Positions 12,880-24,860 of a stretch of DNA of 64,000 bases are shown here, piece by piece. The notes under the pieces are model-generated. The model ran no database searches. It was given only the letters and a program-made list of their open reading frames with translations, and was not told where the DNA came from. Source of the DNA: Octopus vulgaris (taxonomy: Eukaryota). The DNA lies in assembly GCA_951406725.2 (NCBI GenBank), contig OX597818.1:108624001-108688000 (forward strand), written 5' to 3'. Position numbers and translations under genes: made by a program. Each line of letters starts with the position of its first letter. The first letter of the stretch is position 1.

Positions 12880-13167
12880 ACTCCATCGCTTACTATGAAT
12901 ATTCCAGTTGATCCATTCAATGGAGCAGCCTACTCAGGAAATCAATGGGAAGTGATTGAGTATGCCACAGGCCCATGCAGGCCGTTAATATAGTCCTCAA
13001 GGCGATTCTGCATGACACAAAATACAACTCGTCTTACCCAGCTGAGTGGACTAGAGCAATAGGAAATAAAGTGTCTTGCTCAGGGACACAGTACACCACT
13101 AGGTATGGAACTCATGACTTTATATTCGGGAAATGAATACCCTAACCACTAAGTGACGTGCCTTCAC
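12880..13167 (-). mobile_element. tRNA-derived SINE related to family 3
   Basis: ccagctgagtggactagagcaa..aagtgtcttgctca..ccctaaccact shared with 795-1057. Confidence 0.7.
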
Positions 13168-13170
13168 CTT

Positions 13171-13541
13171 TATTACCTCCAACGTAGCAAAGGCAGAGGT
13201 ATTGTTTTCAGTTGTTCTTGTTTGTTTGTTTGTCTGTGGACAAGATACCTCAAGAACTGCTGGATGGATTTGGATGAAACTTTCAGGGATGTTTAGCTTC
13301 GTGACTGACACAAACTGATTAGATTTTGGGATCGATCTGGTACCAGACAAGGATTCTGGATTATTTTTCCTGTTGTTTTTTTACTTAATATTTGAGAGCA
13401 GTCAGGTTCATTTTTAGAATTCTCATTTGTGAGAGCAGTTGAATTTCAGATATTCTCATCTTAAAAATCATCTCTGGCTAATCATTGAGAGGATGTTGGT
13501 GTTGCCTTGGTGGAGGTTTGTGCTCTCTGAGTGATCTTGTT
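13171..13541 (+). mobile_element. Non-autonomous Helentron/Helitron2-like element (HINE/DINE-1 architecture)
   Basis: 5' TATTACCTCC with nearby GGCAGAGGT, a (GTTT)n tract, subterminal GGTGGAGGT (13509-13517), 3' hairpin TGCTC-TCT-GAGTG and T-rich ends. Confidence 0.7.
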
Positions 13542-13881
13542 CTTAATCAAATGATGCCATTGTTTAATCCCTGTATGAAATCTTAAAATAGGACACAAGT
13601 TGAAAGATATTAACTGTGGTGTCATCTATTTTCAAAGATAATTATTACAATATCACAAACACTTAAATATATTATTTACGATGCAGTAAACCTTCAAAGA
13701 TATCAGCTATTATGGCATATACTTAAAGACCAAATTGTACCGTGTGATATACAAGCTAAGGGCATTTTAAGTCACTCAGTTTGACAAGAACTTAAGTAGC
13801 TAAATTTCTGCTGAAATATTGATGTTTGATGATAATAAAGATTGGTAAGGAAATGGTTTTTCACTGCCAATTTATTTATAT

Positions 13882-14175
13882 CATGATCATCATCATTTAA
13901 CGCCCATTTACCATGCTAGCATGGGTTGGACAGTTCAACTGGGGTCTGGGAAGCCAAGAGACTGCACCAGACTCCAGTCTGATCTGGCAGTGTTTCTACA
14001 GCTGGATGCCCTTCCTAATGCCAACCACTCTGAGAGTGTAGTGGGTGCTTTTCATGTGCCACTGACATGGGCCAGAGGACGCTGGCAATGACCACGATTG
14101 GTTAGTGCTTTTTACATGTCACTGGCACAGAAGCCAGTCAAAGCGGCACTAGCGTCGGCCACGTTCGGATGCTCA
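13882..14175 (-). mobile_element. RTE 3' tail fragment
   Basis: Same (CAT)n start and ctggatgcccttcctaa core. Confidence 0.85.
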
Positions 14176-14529
14176 TAACAAAAGTTTTGTTCAGACAAAA
14201 TGTTAGCGCCATTTTAGAAAAATCTTGATTTTGTGGTAAGTACGATTTTCCTGAACCTGGATGGCAAATTGGTGGTCAGAGCTGTGAACAGCAGAGGAGG
14301 CAATATCTTTAGACAAGTGACTATTGGAAAATGATAGCCTCATTTCTCCAGGCATCTACCATCACACCTAGGAATGTTGGATTGAAATGGCATTCTATAA
14401 GCAAACTGAGTTTGTGTGAGAATAACAGGAAGGTTGTGTTTTCTGAAGCAAGGCACAAGCTCTTAGACATGACTGAGTGAAAACCATGAGGTAGATTCAT
14501 GTGTCATGTAATTTTTCTTTTCAGTGACA

Positions 14530-14800
14530 TTATCTTGAAGCATGGCTATGTTATCTTGAGGACAATTTCAAAATTTGTTTCACAAACCACCAGTCTTCTT
14601 TCTGAGGCATCGACAAAAGTAAATCCACTAAGTTGGCTAGCTATATATGGTGTTTGAAGACCAACCGTACACCACATGGAATCAAGTGGAGAATCATAAG
14701 AGAATTTCATGTCATATGTATTTGGATCTAAAAAATGCAACTTATGTGTAGCAAAAAAGATCACACATTCTTTCTAGATCCAGGAATTCCACCACACTAT
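14530..14800 (+). mobile_element. Penelope-like element, GIY-YIG endonuclease C-terminal relic
   Basis: EDNFKICFTNHQSSF*..KSTKLASYIWCLK..IKWRII..GSKKCNLCVAKK resembles the PLE FK.R..NH..SF..T.LS.YIW.LK..W.I..C.LC pattern. Confidence 0.75.
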
Positions 14801-15139
14801 TTTATTCCAAATCTGAAATTCTCAGCAAACGCAAGCATATGGACAAATTTCTTTTGGTGAACTGAAGGACACCACCCTCTTTGGATTGAGCAACTATTTC
14901 ACAGAATTCAGACTCCTCTCTATTGAATTATTCCACAGCTACTTTAATTATGACTTCTACCATCAAAGGAGACATAACTCCCACCCCCCTTTTTTTATTC
15001 ACCCACTTTTTGTATCAACATCCTTCTCATTTTTTTTCTTGTGGTTGCTCATGTGCCAGCCTTCTGATTCTCAAATAGAACAGACCATGTGCTCAGAGCC
15101 TAAAAATTACTTGGAAATAAAGGCACATTATAAAAACCT

Positions 15140-15478
15140 GAGAGTTGGACTCAGTGATGTATTTCATTTAGAAACTGGAGTATGCCAGGGATCAGTTCTT
15201 AGTCCACTCTTATTCCTCATAGTTCTCCAGGCCATAACAGATGATTTCAAAACTGGATGCCATGGGAACATGGGCATCCCATGCTGATGATCTTGCTCTT
15301 ATTGCAGAAGCTGAAGCAGAATTGGAGAAGTTCCAGGTTTGGAAACAAAACCTGGAATCAAAGGGCCTTAAAGTTAACTTAGCTAAGACTAAAGTTGTTG
15401 TTAATAAGAAAGGAGATAAAGTCCTGGTTCCTGCTGGTAAATGGCTCTGCTCAATATGTAGGAAAGGAGTGGGATGTC
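15140..15478 (+). mobile_element. RTE LINE RT fragment
   Basis: GVCQGSVLSPLLF; HADDLALIAE; GLKVNLAKTKV; KWLCSICRKGVG. Confidence 0.9.
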
Positions 15479-15479
15479 A

Positions 15480-15833
15480 TTTCATTTGCTGGGTCTACCT
15501 CTTCCACAGGTTCCCTCAACCGCTAGGATGTGACACCTTTTCACACAGCTATTCTCATCCATTCTCACCACATGACCATACCAGCACAGTCGTCTCTCTT
15601 GCACACCACATCTGATGCTTCTTAGGTCCAACTTTTCTCTCAAGGTACTTACACTCTGTTGTGTATGAACACTGGCATTACACATCCATCGGATCATATT
15701 GGCTTCATTCCTTGCAAGCTTATACATGTCCTCAGCAGTCACACCGCATGTTTCACTACCATGTAGCATAGCTGTTCATACACATGCGTCATACAGTCTA
15801 CCTTTTACTCTGAGCAAGAGGCCCTTTGTCACC
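15480..15833 (-). mobile_element. RTE LINE C-terminal fragment
   Basis: ORF 15482-15769 MLHGSET..RRLCWYGHVVRM..GRGRP. Confidence 0.9.
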
Positions 15834-15884
<51 letters not shown>

Positions 15885-15930
15885 TGTGTGTGTAAATATA
15901 TATTTATATATATATTTATATGTATGTATA

Positions 15931-16805
15931 CAGGGTGCAGTGAATAAACTGTCATCTAAATTATGCAAAAATAAAAATAACACTGACATCTCATTTTAAC
16001 AGATATATTTACCAAAATTACATAGAAATATTTTGAAATACTAAAAGAGTAAATTTATTCTATAAAATCGCCATTGGCTTCAACCATGGCCTCCAGACGA
16101 CTTCAGAATCTTTTGCAACTCTTCTGGATGGTCTCCATTAAGTTGATAAATGCTGACATAATTCTTGCCTTCAGTTCATCTTTGGTGTTACAAGGAGTTC
16201 TGTTGGTCTCTCACTCTCAACTGTGCCCCACATACTAATCAAGATGTTTGCAGTCTGGGGAGTTAGGTGGCGAGATGTTAGGAGTGATTTGGTTGTAGAA
16301 ATTGTCTCACAGCCATGACTGGGTTCTCCTGCTTGTGTGGCATGGTGCAGAGTCATGTTGTCAGACATAGGGTCTTCCAGCCGCCACACTCTTGGTTCAG
16401 GACATCACTACCTCCTCCAGGCACATGATGTAGGCCTCTGTATTGAGTCTGAGACCACGTGGGAAGATGATGGAGGCATAACATCACCATCACTATTGAT
16501 CACTCCAAACACCATTATGTTTGATTTTTATCACTCTTGGTACATTTTCTCAGATTGCACTGTCCTCAGATTGACATCCAAACACTCTGAAATATTCGTA
16601 TTGGAGCTTCTGGCATGAATACCAAGCAGCACAGCAAGTCGTTTTCAATTTTCTGGCTGAGTGAATTGCATCACGGTGCTGTTTTTCTCACAGATGGTGC
16701 CAATCTGACCCTACTATACTGTGTTGTTGACAAAATGATAAACAAACAATGTGCATGCATGAAATTAAAATGTCCAAATGATGACAATATACACATCGCA
16801 CCCTG
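15931..16805 (-). mobile_element. Tc1/mariner DD37D (maT-like) transposon, internally deleted
   Basis: Imperfect TIRs CAGGGTGCAGTGAATAAACTGTCATC / GATGACAATATACACATCGCACCCTG, with TA on the left flank. Transposase relic QHDSAPCHTSRRTQSWL..PPNSPDCKHLD with 37-residue D-D spacing. Confidence 0.85.
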
Positions 16806-16864
16806 AGTGTGTGTGTGTGTATGTGTATACACACACGTACAAGCTCTCACATACACACGCACTC

Positions 16865-17140
16865 ACACCTTCGTTTTGGGATCACCACTACTTTATTATC
16901 TCCCCTTCTTCCTAGCTCTCCTGTGTGACCCCTCTGCCTGGCATTCCCCATGATAGATCGCTAGCCACTAAACCTTTCTTATTTTCTCTCCCAGTTTATA
17001 TCTGTGTTCCTTTCTGTCGAAGAGCATAGGCTCGAAATGTAAAAGATTTTCTCACTTCCCGAATGTTAAACTAATACATCTGTTTGTTGTTTACACACCC
17101 GCCTTCGTCTTTTGTTCTTTTGTAAATTCTCACTTTATAT
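16865..17140 (+). mobile_element. Penelope pseudo-LTR-like fragment with decayed minimal hammerhead
   Basis: 17010-17045 CTTT-CTGTCGA-A-GAGC-ATAG-GCTC-GAAATGTA-AAAG. Confidence 0.55.
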
Positions 17141-17502
17141 ATCGTCTTTTGTTCAGTAGTTTCCAGCATGTGATTGGCTCATAGAATATTCTGAGAGACC
17201 ATTAATTGATTAATTAGTAAACAATAAATAATACTCCATTCTACCATTACAAAACTGGAACAATTTTGCAGAGATAGCAGGTACTACTTCACGTGTCCAG
17301 CTGCAGAAAGGACATCAGTTGCATGTGTAGCATGCAGTAAAAATGCAATAAAGTTCAAAGACTGGATAATGGTGGCTGAGTTGTTGCTGCACATGTTTCA
17401 ATAGGAAGGCATTTTTATTGAGAATATAGAATCAATAGGAGTGTTTCACAGCTGAAACATAAGTGGCACTCATTGAACTGCTTTTGTCCATTTTATTTAT
17501 TT

Positions 17503-17838
17503 ATCTATTACATATATATATATATGTATGTATACAGTATATATGTATGTATACAGTATATATGTATGTATATAGTATATATGTATGTATATAGTATATA
17601 TATGTATATATATATATGTATATAGTATATATATATATATGTATATATATATGTATATATGTTAATAAAATATATGCATATATATAAACATATATGTACG
17701 TACCTACCTCTACATGTACATATACACGCATATATATATATATATGTATATATGTATATAGTATATATATATATGTATATAGTATATATATGTATATAGT
17801 ATATATATATATAATATATATATATCTAGAGAGAGAGA
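17503..17838. repeat. Degenerate (TA)-rich satellite
   Basis: tatatgtatatagta-type units visible. Confidence 0.95.
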
Positions 17839-18336
17839 TAGGCAGGGAGAGATTGTTATAGACATATGAAATTATCATTTTAACATCCAGTTTCCAGTAT
17901 ATACATGCGTATGCATGTGTGTGTGTGTGCATATATAGAGAGAAAGAGAGAGGGAGGAGAGAGAGAGAGAGATACATAGATGCATGCATTTATGAGCAGT
18001 ATACAATTTATTAGTGAACAGGAGGAAGTAAAAGATATATGGTGACATTGTTCTCTCATTCACTCTTATTGACACGAGCATCATCACATATCCCCCTCCA
18101 CCACCACCACCAATGCCATCCTTTCTACCAACCACTGATGTTGTCCTTAGAAATCTGGTGCAAGTGGCAGGGATTCTGGAGTAATGAAATTCTTTCATCT
18201 TCTGCTTATTTCCAATGTAATTATCAGAAAACTGAATATTGTTTTGCGGAACCAATGACAACCAATGTCCAAATTACACCTGATATGTCTTGCTGCTCTT
18301 CGCACCAATTTAAACATCGTGTATTTATTTTATAAC

Positions 18337-18380
<44 letters not shown>

Positions 18381-18433
18381 TGTGTGTGTATGTATGTATA
18401 TATGTGTGGGTATATATATGTATGTATATATAA

Positions 18434-18664
18434 GGCGGCGAGCTGGTAGAAACGTTAGCATGCCGGGCGAAATGCGTAGCCGTACTTCATCTGTCGTTAC
18501 GTTCTAAGTTCAAATTCCACCGAGGTCGACTTTGCCTTTCATCCTTTCGGGGTCGATAAATTAAGTACCAGTTACGCACTGGAGTCGATATAATCGACTT
18601 AATCCCTTTGTCTGTCCTTGTTTGTCCCCTCTGTGTTTAGCTCCTTGTGGGTAGTAAAGAAATA
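18434..18664 (+). mobile_element. tRNA-derived SINE (family 2), full length
   Basis: GGCGGCGAGCTGGTAGAA head, GTTCAAATTCC B-box and central gcctttcatcctttcggggtcgataaattaagtaccag domain. Confidence 0.85.
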
Positions 18665-18704
18665 TATATATATGTATGTATGCATACACATATATTTATT
18701 TCTT

Positions 18705-18900
18705 AGAGGCAACAAACAAGAACAGGCAAAGGGGTTGTCAATTTCATCGACCCCAGTGCATAACTGGTACTTATTTAATTGCCCCTGAAAAGATGAAAGG
18801 CAAAGTCGACCTTGGCGGAATTTGAACTCAGAACGTAGCAGCAGACGAAATACTGCTAAGCAATTTACCCGGTGTGCTAACGTTTCTGCCAGCTCGCTGC
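18705..18900 (-). mobile_element. SINE family 2, inverted relative to 18434-18664
   Basis: Reverse complement of the same head and central domain. Further decayed minus-strand copies near 40-150, 1370-1520, 22135-22275, 27530-27820, 60510-60720 and 63575-63780. Confidence 0.85.
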
Positions 18901-20178
18901 TCTATACACACACATATATTGCATGTATGTGTGTATACATATATACATCAAGAGAGATATATGTATATATATATATGTTTGAATATACATGTATGTTGGT
19001 TCCCAATCATACAGTTCTAGGTTTACTCCCACTGCATGGCACCTTGGGCAAGTGTCTTCTACTATAGCCTCGGGCCATCCAAAGGTCTGCAAAAGGATTT
19101 GGAAGATGGAAACTGAAAGAAACTTGTTGTCGTATATATGTATATATATATGTGTGTGTGTGTGTGCATGTTTTTGTGTGCGTGTATGTGTGTGTGTGTA
19201 CATGTATACATGTGTGTGCATGTATGTGTGTGTATGTGTACATGTATTCCTGTGTGTGTGTATGTGTGTACATGTATACATATGTGTGGGTATATATACA
19301 TAGATGTTGATGTATATTGATGTGTGTGTTTATATATATATATATATATATAACTTTACTGATAGATCTATTTATTCTTTCTTTCTTTTTGCATATATCC
19401 ATCATTACTCACACCTTAGAATTAATCTTATTCTAATTGTGGGGAGAGTCCCTGGATTTCGACCCCAACATATTTGCTTTCTTGTTGGTAATGCCTTCCT
19501 CTATGTATGCTTAAATACATTTTTATATTTCTAAGTAAATTGCACTTTATGTTTGAGGGTCTGTTGAAGCTATAAGGTGTTACTCAGGCACTCAACCATG
19601 AGTCCACTGCATCTTTCAGCCGAAACAGCTGTAAGCTAATGAAGTTCAGAAGATTATCGTTTATTCTTTTGTCATCTTTGTTCATGTGTGTCTGTGCATG
19701 TGTGTGTGTATGTGTGTGTGTTTGTCACCTCATTACACAATCGAAAAATACGTTAGGAATGAGAACTGAAGTTCAAAATTTCCCCAAGACACCTAATGAA
19801 GCCGAAACATTGTGTTAAAAACAAACAAGATGAGGATAAATATCCGTCAAATGTAAATAATGAAGAGTGTTCTTTTCTTTATTGTAACCCTCAGTCCACT
19901 CCAGACACCCTGCTACTCTCTGTCTGTCTCTTTCGCCTCTTAGCTGGACAACGGCCACTCCCTTCGATCAGGTGATCTGCTCTCTGTTCTTGCAAGTAGT
20001 AATTCTGTCTTCATGGATGAAAAAGTCCAACTCTTGTGCAACTATCTATCATTATGGCTTTCAGTTTGGAAAACCTTGCCAGAACACCAGCACTACTAGA
20101 CATAAACCATTTCTGTTTCTTCTTTCTTGTTTCAGTAATGTGAAGAACTTTTCTTATGGAACTATTTCTACATTTATC

Positions 20179-20263
20179 TGGTGCTATTAAGTGCCAGGTG
20201 GTGCTATTAAGTGCCAGGCGGTGCTATTAAGTTAGCCAGGTGGTGCTATTAAGTTAGACATGG
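20179..20263. repeat. Minisatellite, ~4 x 20-22 bp (TGGTGCTATTAAGT[TA]GCCAGG)
   Basis: Directly visible tandem units. Confidence 0.9.
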
Positions 20264-21658
20264 CCTGGGCCAATACTGGCCAAAACCTTTGTAAGTTATC
20301 TCATTGTGCTATTCATAGACAATAAACACTAGATTTCAACAATTTTTAGCCTTCATCAATTGTTATGCTGCAGTTCCCTATTCTCTCTGCTTCTGTGCCT
20401 CCCCACCAGTACAGAAAGCCCTCGTGAGGACCTTACTGCTCTCTTTGTAACAGCTGAACTCTCCATCCACCCTGCACCACTAAACAGATTGCTTTTCTTC
20501 CTGTATCCACAATGGAATACAGTTCTAAAATGGCTCTTTAATCTTCAGGAGTCATCACAACCTACATATCTATACACTATATTTCAAAGATTTTCTTTTC
20601 TTTTCTTTTTTTTTTCTTTATCTCAGCATGTACTCTACTACAAAGATAACAAGCCAAGGGTTACTCTCTGTCAATACCTGGCTGTTATTGTTCCATCACC
20701 TTGTTGTTTGAACTTGTGGCCAGGTAATTGACATTTTAGCTCATCCATTATGGCTTAAAATCCTATAACTCTTTTTTTCAATTGATTAAAACTTTGATTT
20801 TTCATATATTCGTCAGAGTTATTTTCAAGTGCCCCTTTCAGAGCCATACTGAAAGTTCTTGTGCTTTTCTATAGGCAGAAGTGTGCAATTTTTGTCATGT
20901 CATACAATATTGATCAATAGGTCACTTGCTGTCTTTCAATAGGTTTGATCAGCTGATATGCAATGCTACCATAATTTGCATAACAATGACATTATTGCTA
21001 TGATATCATTCTTTCATCTATCAACCGTGCTAACTTTTCCACCAATTCTTTCTTTGATAGAATTGTTAAGTAAAGAAACACAAGATGCAGTGACACACCT
21101 GTCCTATATCATTTTTATTATTATTTTTTTTTTTGCTATGTTTTGAGAGAGTTTACCTATATTCAAAATTATTGTTTTGCATGCAACTTTGCTTTTGTTA
21201 CCATTTTCATTTTTGGTTACCTATTGTAAAACTGTCAGCAATTTTCTGTTACAAATTCCTGTGTTTACTTGTTCAAGTGCTGTCATTTTCCCATTCTATC
21301 TATCGAATTTTCCTTTAATTCATGTTCAAATTTACATAACGCTTGAAGACCTGGTCAAAAGTATTGGGACAGTATCAATCACCAAAGAAGCCCTTTCTAG
21401 AAATTTCGTAAAAAAGAAATTTTGTCTACCTCAAGATAAATTGAAAAACTTTAAATTATTCCAGAGTTGCTTGTTTTTAAATACAACAAAAAGGAAATTT
21501 TTCATCAAATGAAATATTGTAAAATTGTATAACTGCTGAGAGCAAGAAAGCCTGTCCTATGCCAGAAACAGTAAACATCAACAATATTAATAATAATAAT
21601 TATTATTATTTACATTATTTACATTTGATGGATATTTGTTCTCATCTTGTTTGTTGTT

Positions 21659-21704
21659 AACACAACGTTTCAGCTGTTACACTCTCCAGCCTTCATCAGG
21701 TGTC
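21659..21704 (-). ncRNA. Minimal type I hammerhead ribozyme motif (Penelope-type)
   Basis: GACAC-CTGATGA-A-GGCTG-gagagtgtaa-CAGCT-GAAACGTT-GTGTT: stem I, core, stem II and palindromic AACGTT in place of stem III. Confidence 0.7.
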
Positions 21705-21917
21705 CTGGGGAAATTTCAAACCTGGGTTCTCATTCCTAAGATATTTTTCGATGTTATTATTATTATTATTATCATTCAGGTCACTGCATGGAATCAAACT
21801 CGGAATCTTGGGGTTAGTAGCCCACGTTCTTAACCACTATGCTATATGCCCATGGGTTAAGAGTGCCGGCTACTAACCCCAAGTTTCCGAGTTCAATTCC
21901 AGGCAGTGACCTGAATG

Positions 21918-21948
<31 letters not shown>

Positions 21949-21997
21949 CATCGAAAAATATCTTAGTAATGTGAACCCAGGTTTGAAATTTCTCCAA

Positions 21998-22044
21998 GAC
22001 ACCTGATGAATGCTGGAGACGTATATCAGCCGAAACGTTGTGTT
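21998..22044 (+). ncRNA. Minimal type I hammerhead ribozyme motif (Penelope-type)
   Basis: GACAC-CTGATGA-A-tGCTG-gagacgtatat-CAGCc-GAAACGTT-GTGTT, with one mismatch at the base of stem II. Confidence 0.7.
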
Positions 22045-22643
22045 AACAACAAACAAGATGAGGACAAATATCCATCAAATGTAAATAATGAACATAATTC
22101 CTTGTCTCTTAAATATAGAACTGGAATAATAATAATGTTTTCAAATTTTGGCCCATGTCCAGCAATTTCGATTACTTGTACTTATCTATCAACCCCAAGA
22201 GGATGAAAAGCAAAGTCAACTTCTGTAGAATTTGAACCAAGAATGTAAAGATGAACGAAATACCACTAAGCAATAATTAATGATAATAATAATTTTGATT
22301 GAAGGTCAGCAGTGTTTTGGAGAGTGGGGATTCGATGACATGTGCTCCAGTACTTGACTGGTATAATAATTCTTTCTTTTGCCATGAGTGCATCTATGTT
22401 ACAGAAGTGTTTCAAAAAAGTGTTGGGTGAATAAACAAGTTATATGAGAAGAGAGAAAAGGCCTTATACAATTTAAGGAACAAGTCAAATATTGATGACA
22501 AAAATAAAGTACAGGCATGCCTCAATTTCCTTTCTCTTGAGTTGCATTTTTTAAAAAACTTTAGGTCTTTTTCTTCAAATTTTTTATGAAGAAATCCATG
22601 GGAAAAAAAAAACTAAGTCTCAACTACAGTCTATTTATCATCT

Positions 22644-22880
22644 GTTTTAAGGCCATTCACACCGGTGAAGAGGATTGGTCTGCAAGAGTCATGTGTCAGG
22701 TCCACATAAAAAGCACTCATGCCAACCATAGTGGTTGGCATTAGGAAGAGCATCCAGCCATAGAAACCATGCCAAATCAGAGTGGGGCCTGGTGCGGCTC
22801 TCCTGCTTGCCAGCTCTGGTCAAACTGTCTAACCCAGGCCAGCAACATGGAAAACAAACATAAAAAGAAGAAGAAGATCA
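22644..22880 (+). mobile_element. RTE 3' tail fragment
   Basis: ttggcattaggaagagcatccagcc core; inverted twin of 23491-23626. Confidence 0.85.
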
Positions 22881-23490
22881 TAATAATAATAATAATACTA
22901 ATAATAATGTCATTGTACAATGAAAGCACTTTCTCTTGAATATGCTAGTGAGTCTGCCATTCAAGCCAAAAGGAATGAAGCCGTTCCATTTCTTTTAAGA
23001 TTTTGCCTCTATTCTTGGGGATTGCAGTGCTCTTTTCCCTGGAACAATATCTTGGATATGAATTAAAATCCTTTCCTTGTAATTAAGAATTATAAATACC
23101 ATCTTTTCACGTTTCCATAGTGTTTGATCATTGACAGCTTATCCTCCAATGAAACAGTATAGCACTGAAGATAACCAAGATTAGATTTAGCAGTAGGGCC
23201 TTTCTTGAGGACATGATGGCTGAACAAATGCATAAATTCACAGATAGTAAACACAAAGAGACGTCTCAATTTCCTAGTATGAACTATCAGACCTGTAAAA
23301 CACGTAAACAAGTCTAAGCATTAGAAATGTGTGCATCTTTTTTTTGTCAATCTGTTCCCTTTTATCCATTTTTCTAAATGATTTGTTCTTATTTTCACTT
23401 GTATTTTATTTCACTTTTCTACTTCAATATTGGTTTTTTGGTGTTATTCTAAAATTTTTACATTCTTGAATATATATTCACTGAGACAGA

Positions 23491-24332
23491 TGGTATGGTT
23501 TCTATGGCTGGATGCTCTTCCTAATGCCAACCACTTTACAGTGGTTGGCATGAGTGCTTTTTATGTGGACCTGACACATGACTCTTGCAGACCAATCCTC
23601 TTCACCAGCATGAATGGCCTTAAAACTTCTGCTCTGAAGAACAGGTCTTCTTGAGTGCGGCAAGGCATCAGGTATCTCAGTCCTTTGTCATCTCATCTGA
23701 AAGGTTCAGGGTCCTGAGATTGTCCTTCAGCACTTCGTCCCATGCCTTCCTAGGTCTCCCTTTTCAATGTGTTCCATCCACTTTCAGAGACCTTCACTTC
23801 TTATGGCGCTGTCAGCATCCATCTGCATCACATGACCAAACCTGCTCAGCCTTCTCTCTTGCACACTGCATCTAATACCTCTTATGCTTAACTTCTCCGT
23901 CAATGCACCAGCACTCAGTCGAGCATGTATACTTATATTACACATCCAACAGAGCATACTAACCTCATTCCTCTCTAGTCTTCACATTCAGGGCCCATCT
24001 CTCACTACCATGTAGAATTGTTGTTCATATACATGCATCATACAATCTTCCATTAACCAACAGAGGTAAAAGCCTTCTGAACTTTCTCCATCCTATTCTT
24101 ATTCTAGCTATTTCATTCTCCATACACCCTTCCTCGCCCACCCCCTCCTAATTTGATCCTTCAGGTAACAGAAATTATTTCCTACCTCTAATAAGCCTCC
24201 ATGGCATTTACATAAATCAATTTCCTGAATATCTGTAGTTTTTTATGGATTCTGTGCATCTTCCACAATATGAATACTCCTTTCTCTGATCACCTTTCAC
24301 TACACCTCTTGTGTGTCCATAACTTACATGAC
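23491..24332 (-). mobile_element. RTE LINE 3' fragment (older subfamily)
   Basis: Minus-strand KLWTHKRC, LYDACI, LHGSE.W and GRPRKAWDEV remnants plus 3' UTR. Confidence 0.85.
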
Positions 24333-24349
24333 CTTCTCTGCTGATAACA

Positions 24350-24860
24350 CACGATTTCAAGGCCAATTCAGGATGGTTTATGTAACTCAAGTAGGGGTAC
24401 AGTAGTCGTAATGATAAGATCTAATGTAACAGTTCATTGGCAAACAGCAGCAGTGGCCGTCCAAGAATTTGGACCTGGAGATCTCCATTTCCAGCGACTT
24501 CGAGGGCCACCTCCCAGTGGTGTCGGGTGTCAACGAAGAGCTCTCGACTACAACAAGATGACCAAAGTATTTTTTTTTCCAAGGTCTGGGGTCTCCCGCC
24601 CCTAAGCCCTAGACCATCACCTTATTACCCTTACCCATCTTGTTGCTTAACAACAACAACAGCAGCAGCAGCGATCGGGTTTCCTGCAACAATAGTGAAG
24701 ATTACTGAAGACAATGGACTTATTTTCAATGTAGATGAAATTGGGCTTTTCTGGAAAAGAATGTAAGACCAGTCCTTCATAGCTAAGGAGAAGGAAAAGT
24801 CTATACCTGGTTTGAAGGTCTCAAAAGATCATTCAACTCTTATGTTGTGAGGCATTTGCA
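24350..24860 (+). mobile_element. Tigger/pogo transposase relic with a ~210-bp insertion
   Basis: DFKANSGWF (CENP-B-type HTH) at ~24352 and IFNVDEIGLFWKRM*..KEKSIPGLKVSKD at ~24720-24830. Confidence 0.8.

Larger units (their letters stand above)
21607..22123. mobile_element. Palindromic (head-to-head) tRNA-headed short element with a hammerhead motif in each arm
   Basis: 21607-21851 is largely the reverse complement of 21855-22095. The minus arm begins GGGCATATAGCATAGTGGTTAAG (A-box) ... GAGTTTGATTCC (B-box). (AAT)n on both flanks. Confidence 0.85.

Noticed and set aside
15140-15833. Single RTE with a twin-priming inversion
   Set aside because: The two convergent pieces appear to differ in divergence and leave a gap; independent insertions are equally likely.
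20179-20263. CRISPR-like short direct repeats
   Set aside because: The units are contiguous with no unique spacers, there are no cas genes, and the context is eukaryotic.
21779-21851. Possible tRNA gene (ACT at the anticodon position)
   Set aside because: Acceptor and anticodon stems pair poorly and it is the head of a dispersed repeat.
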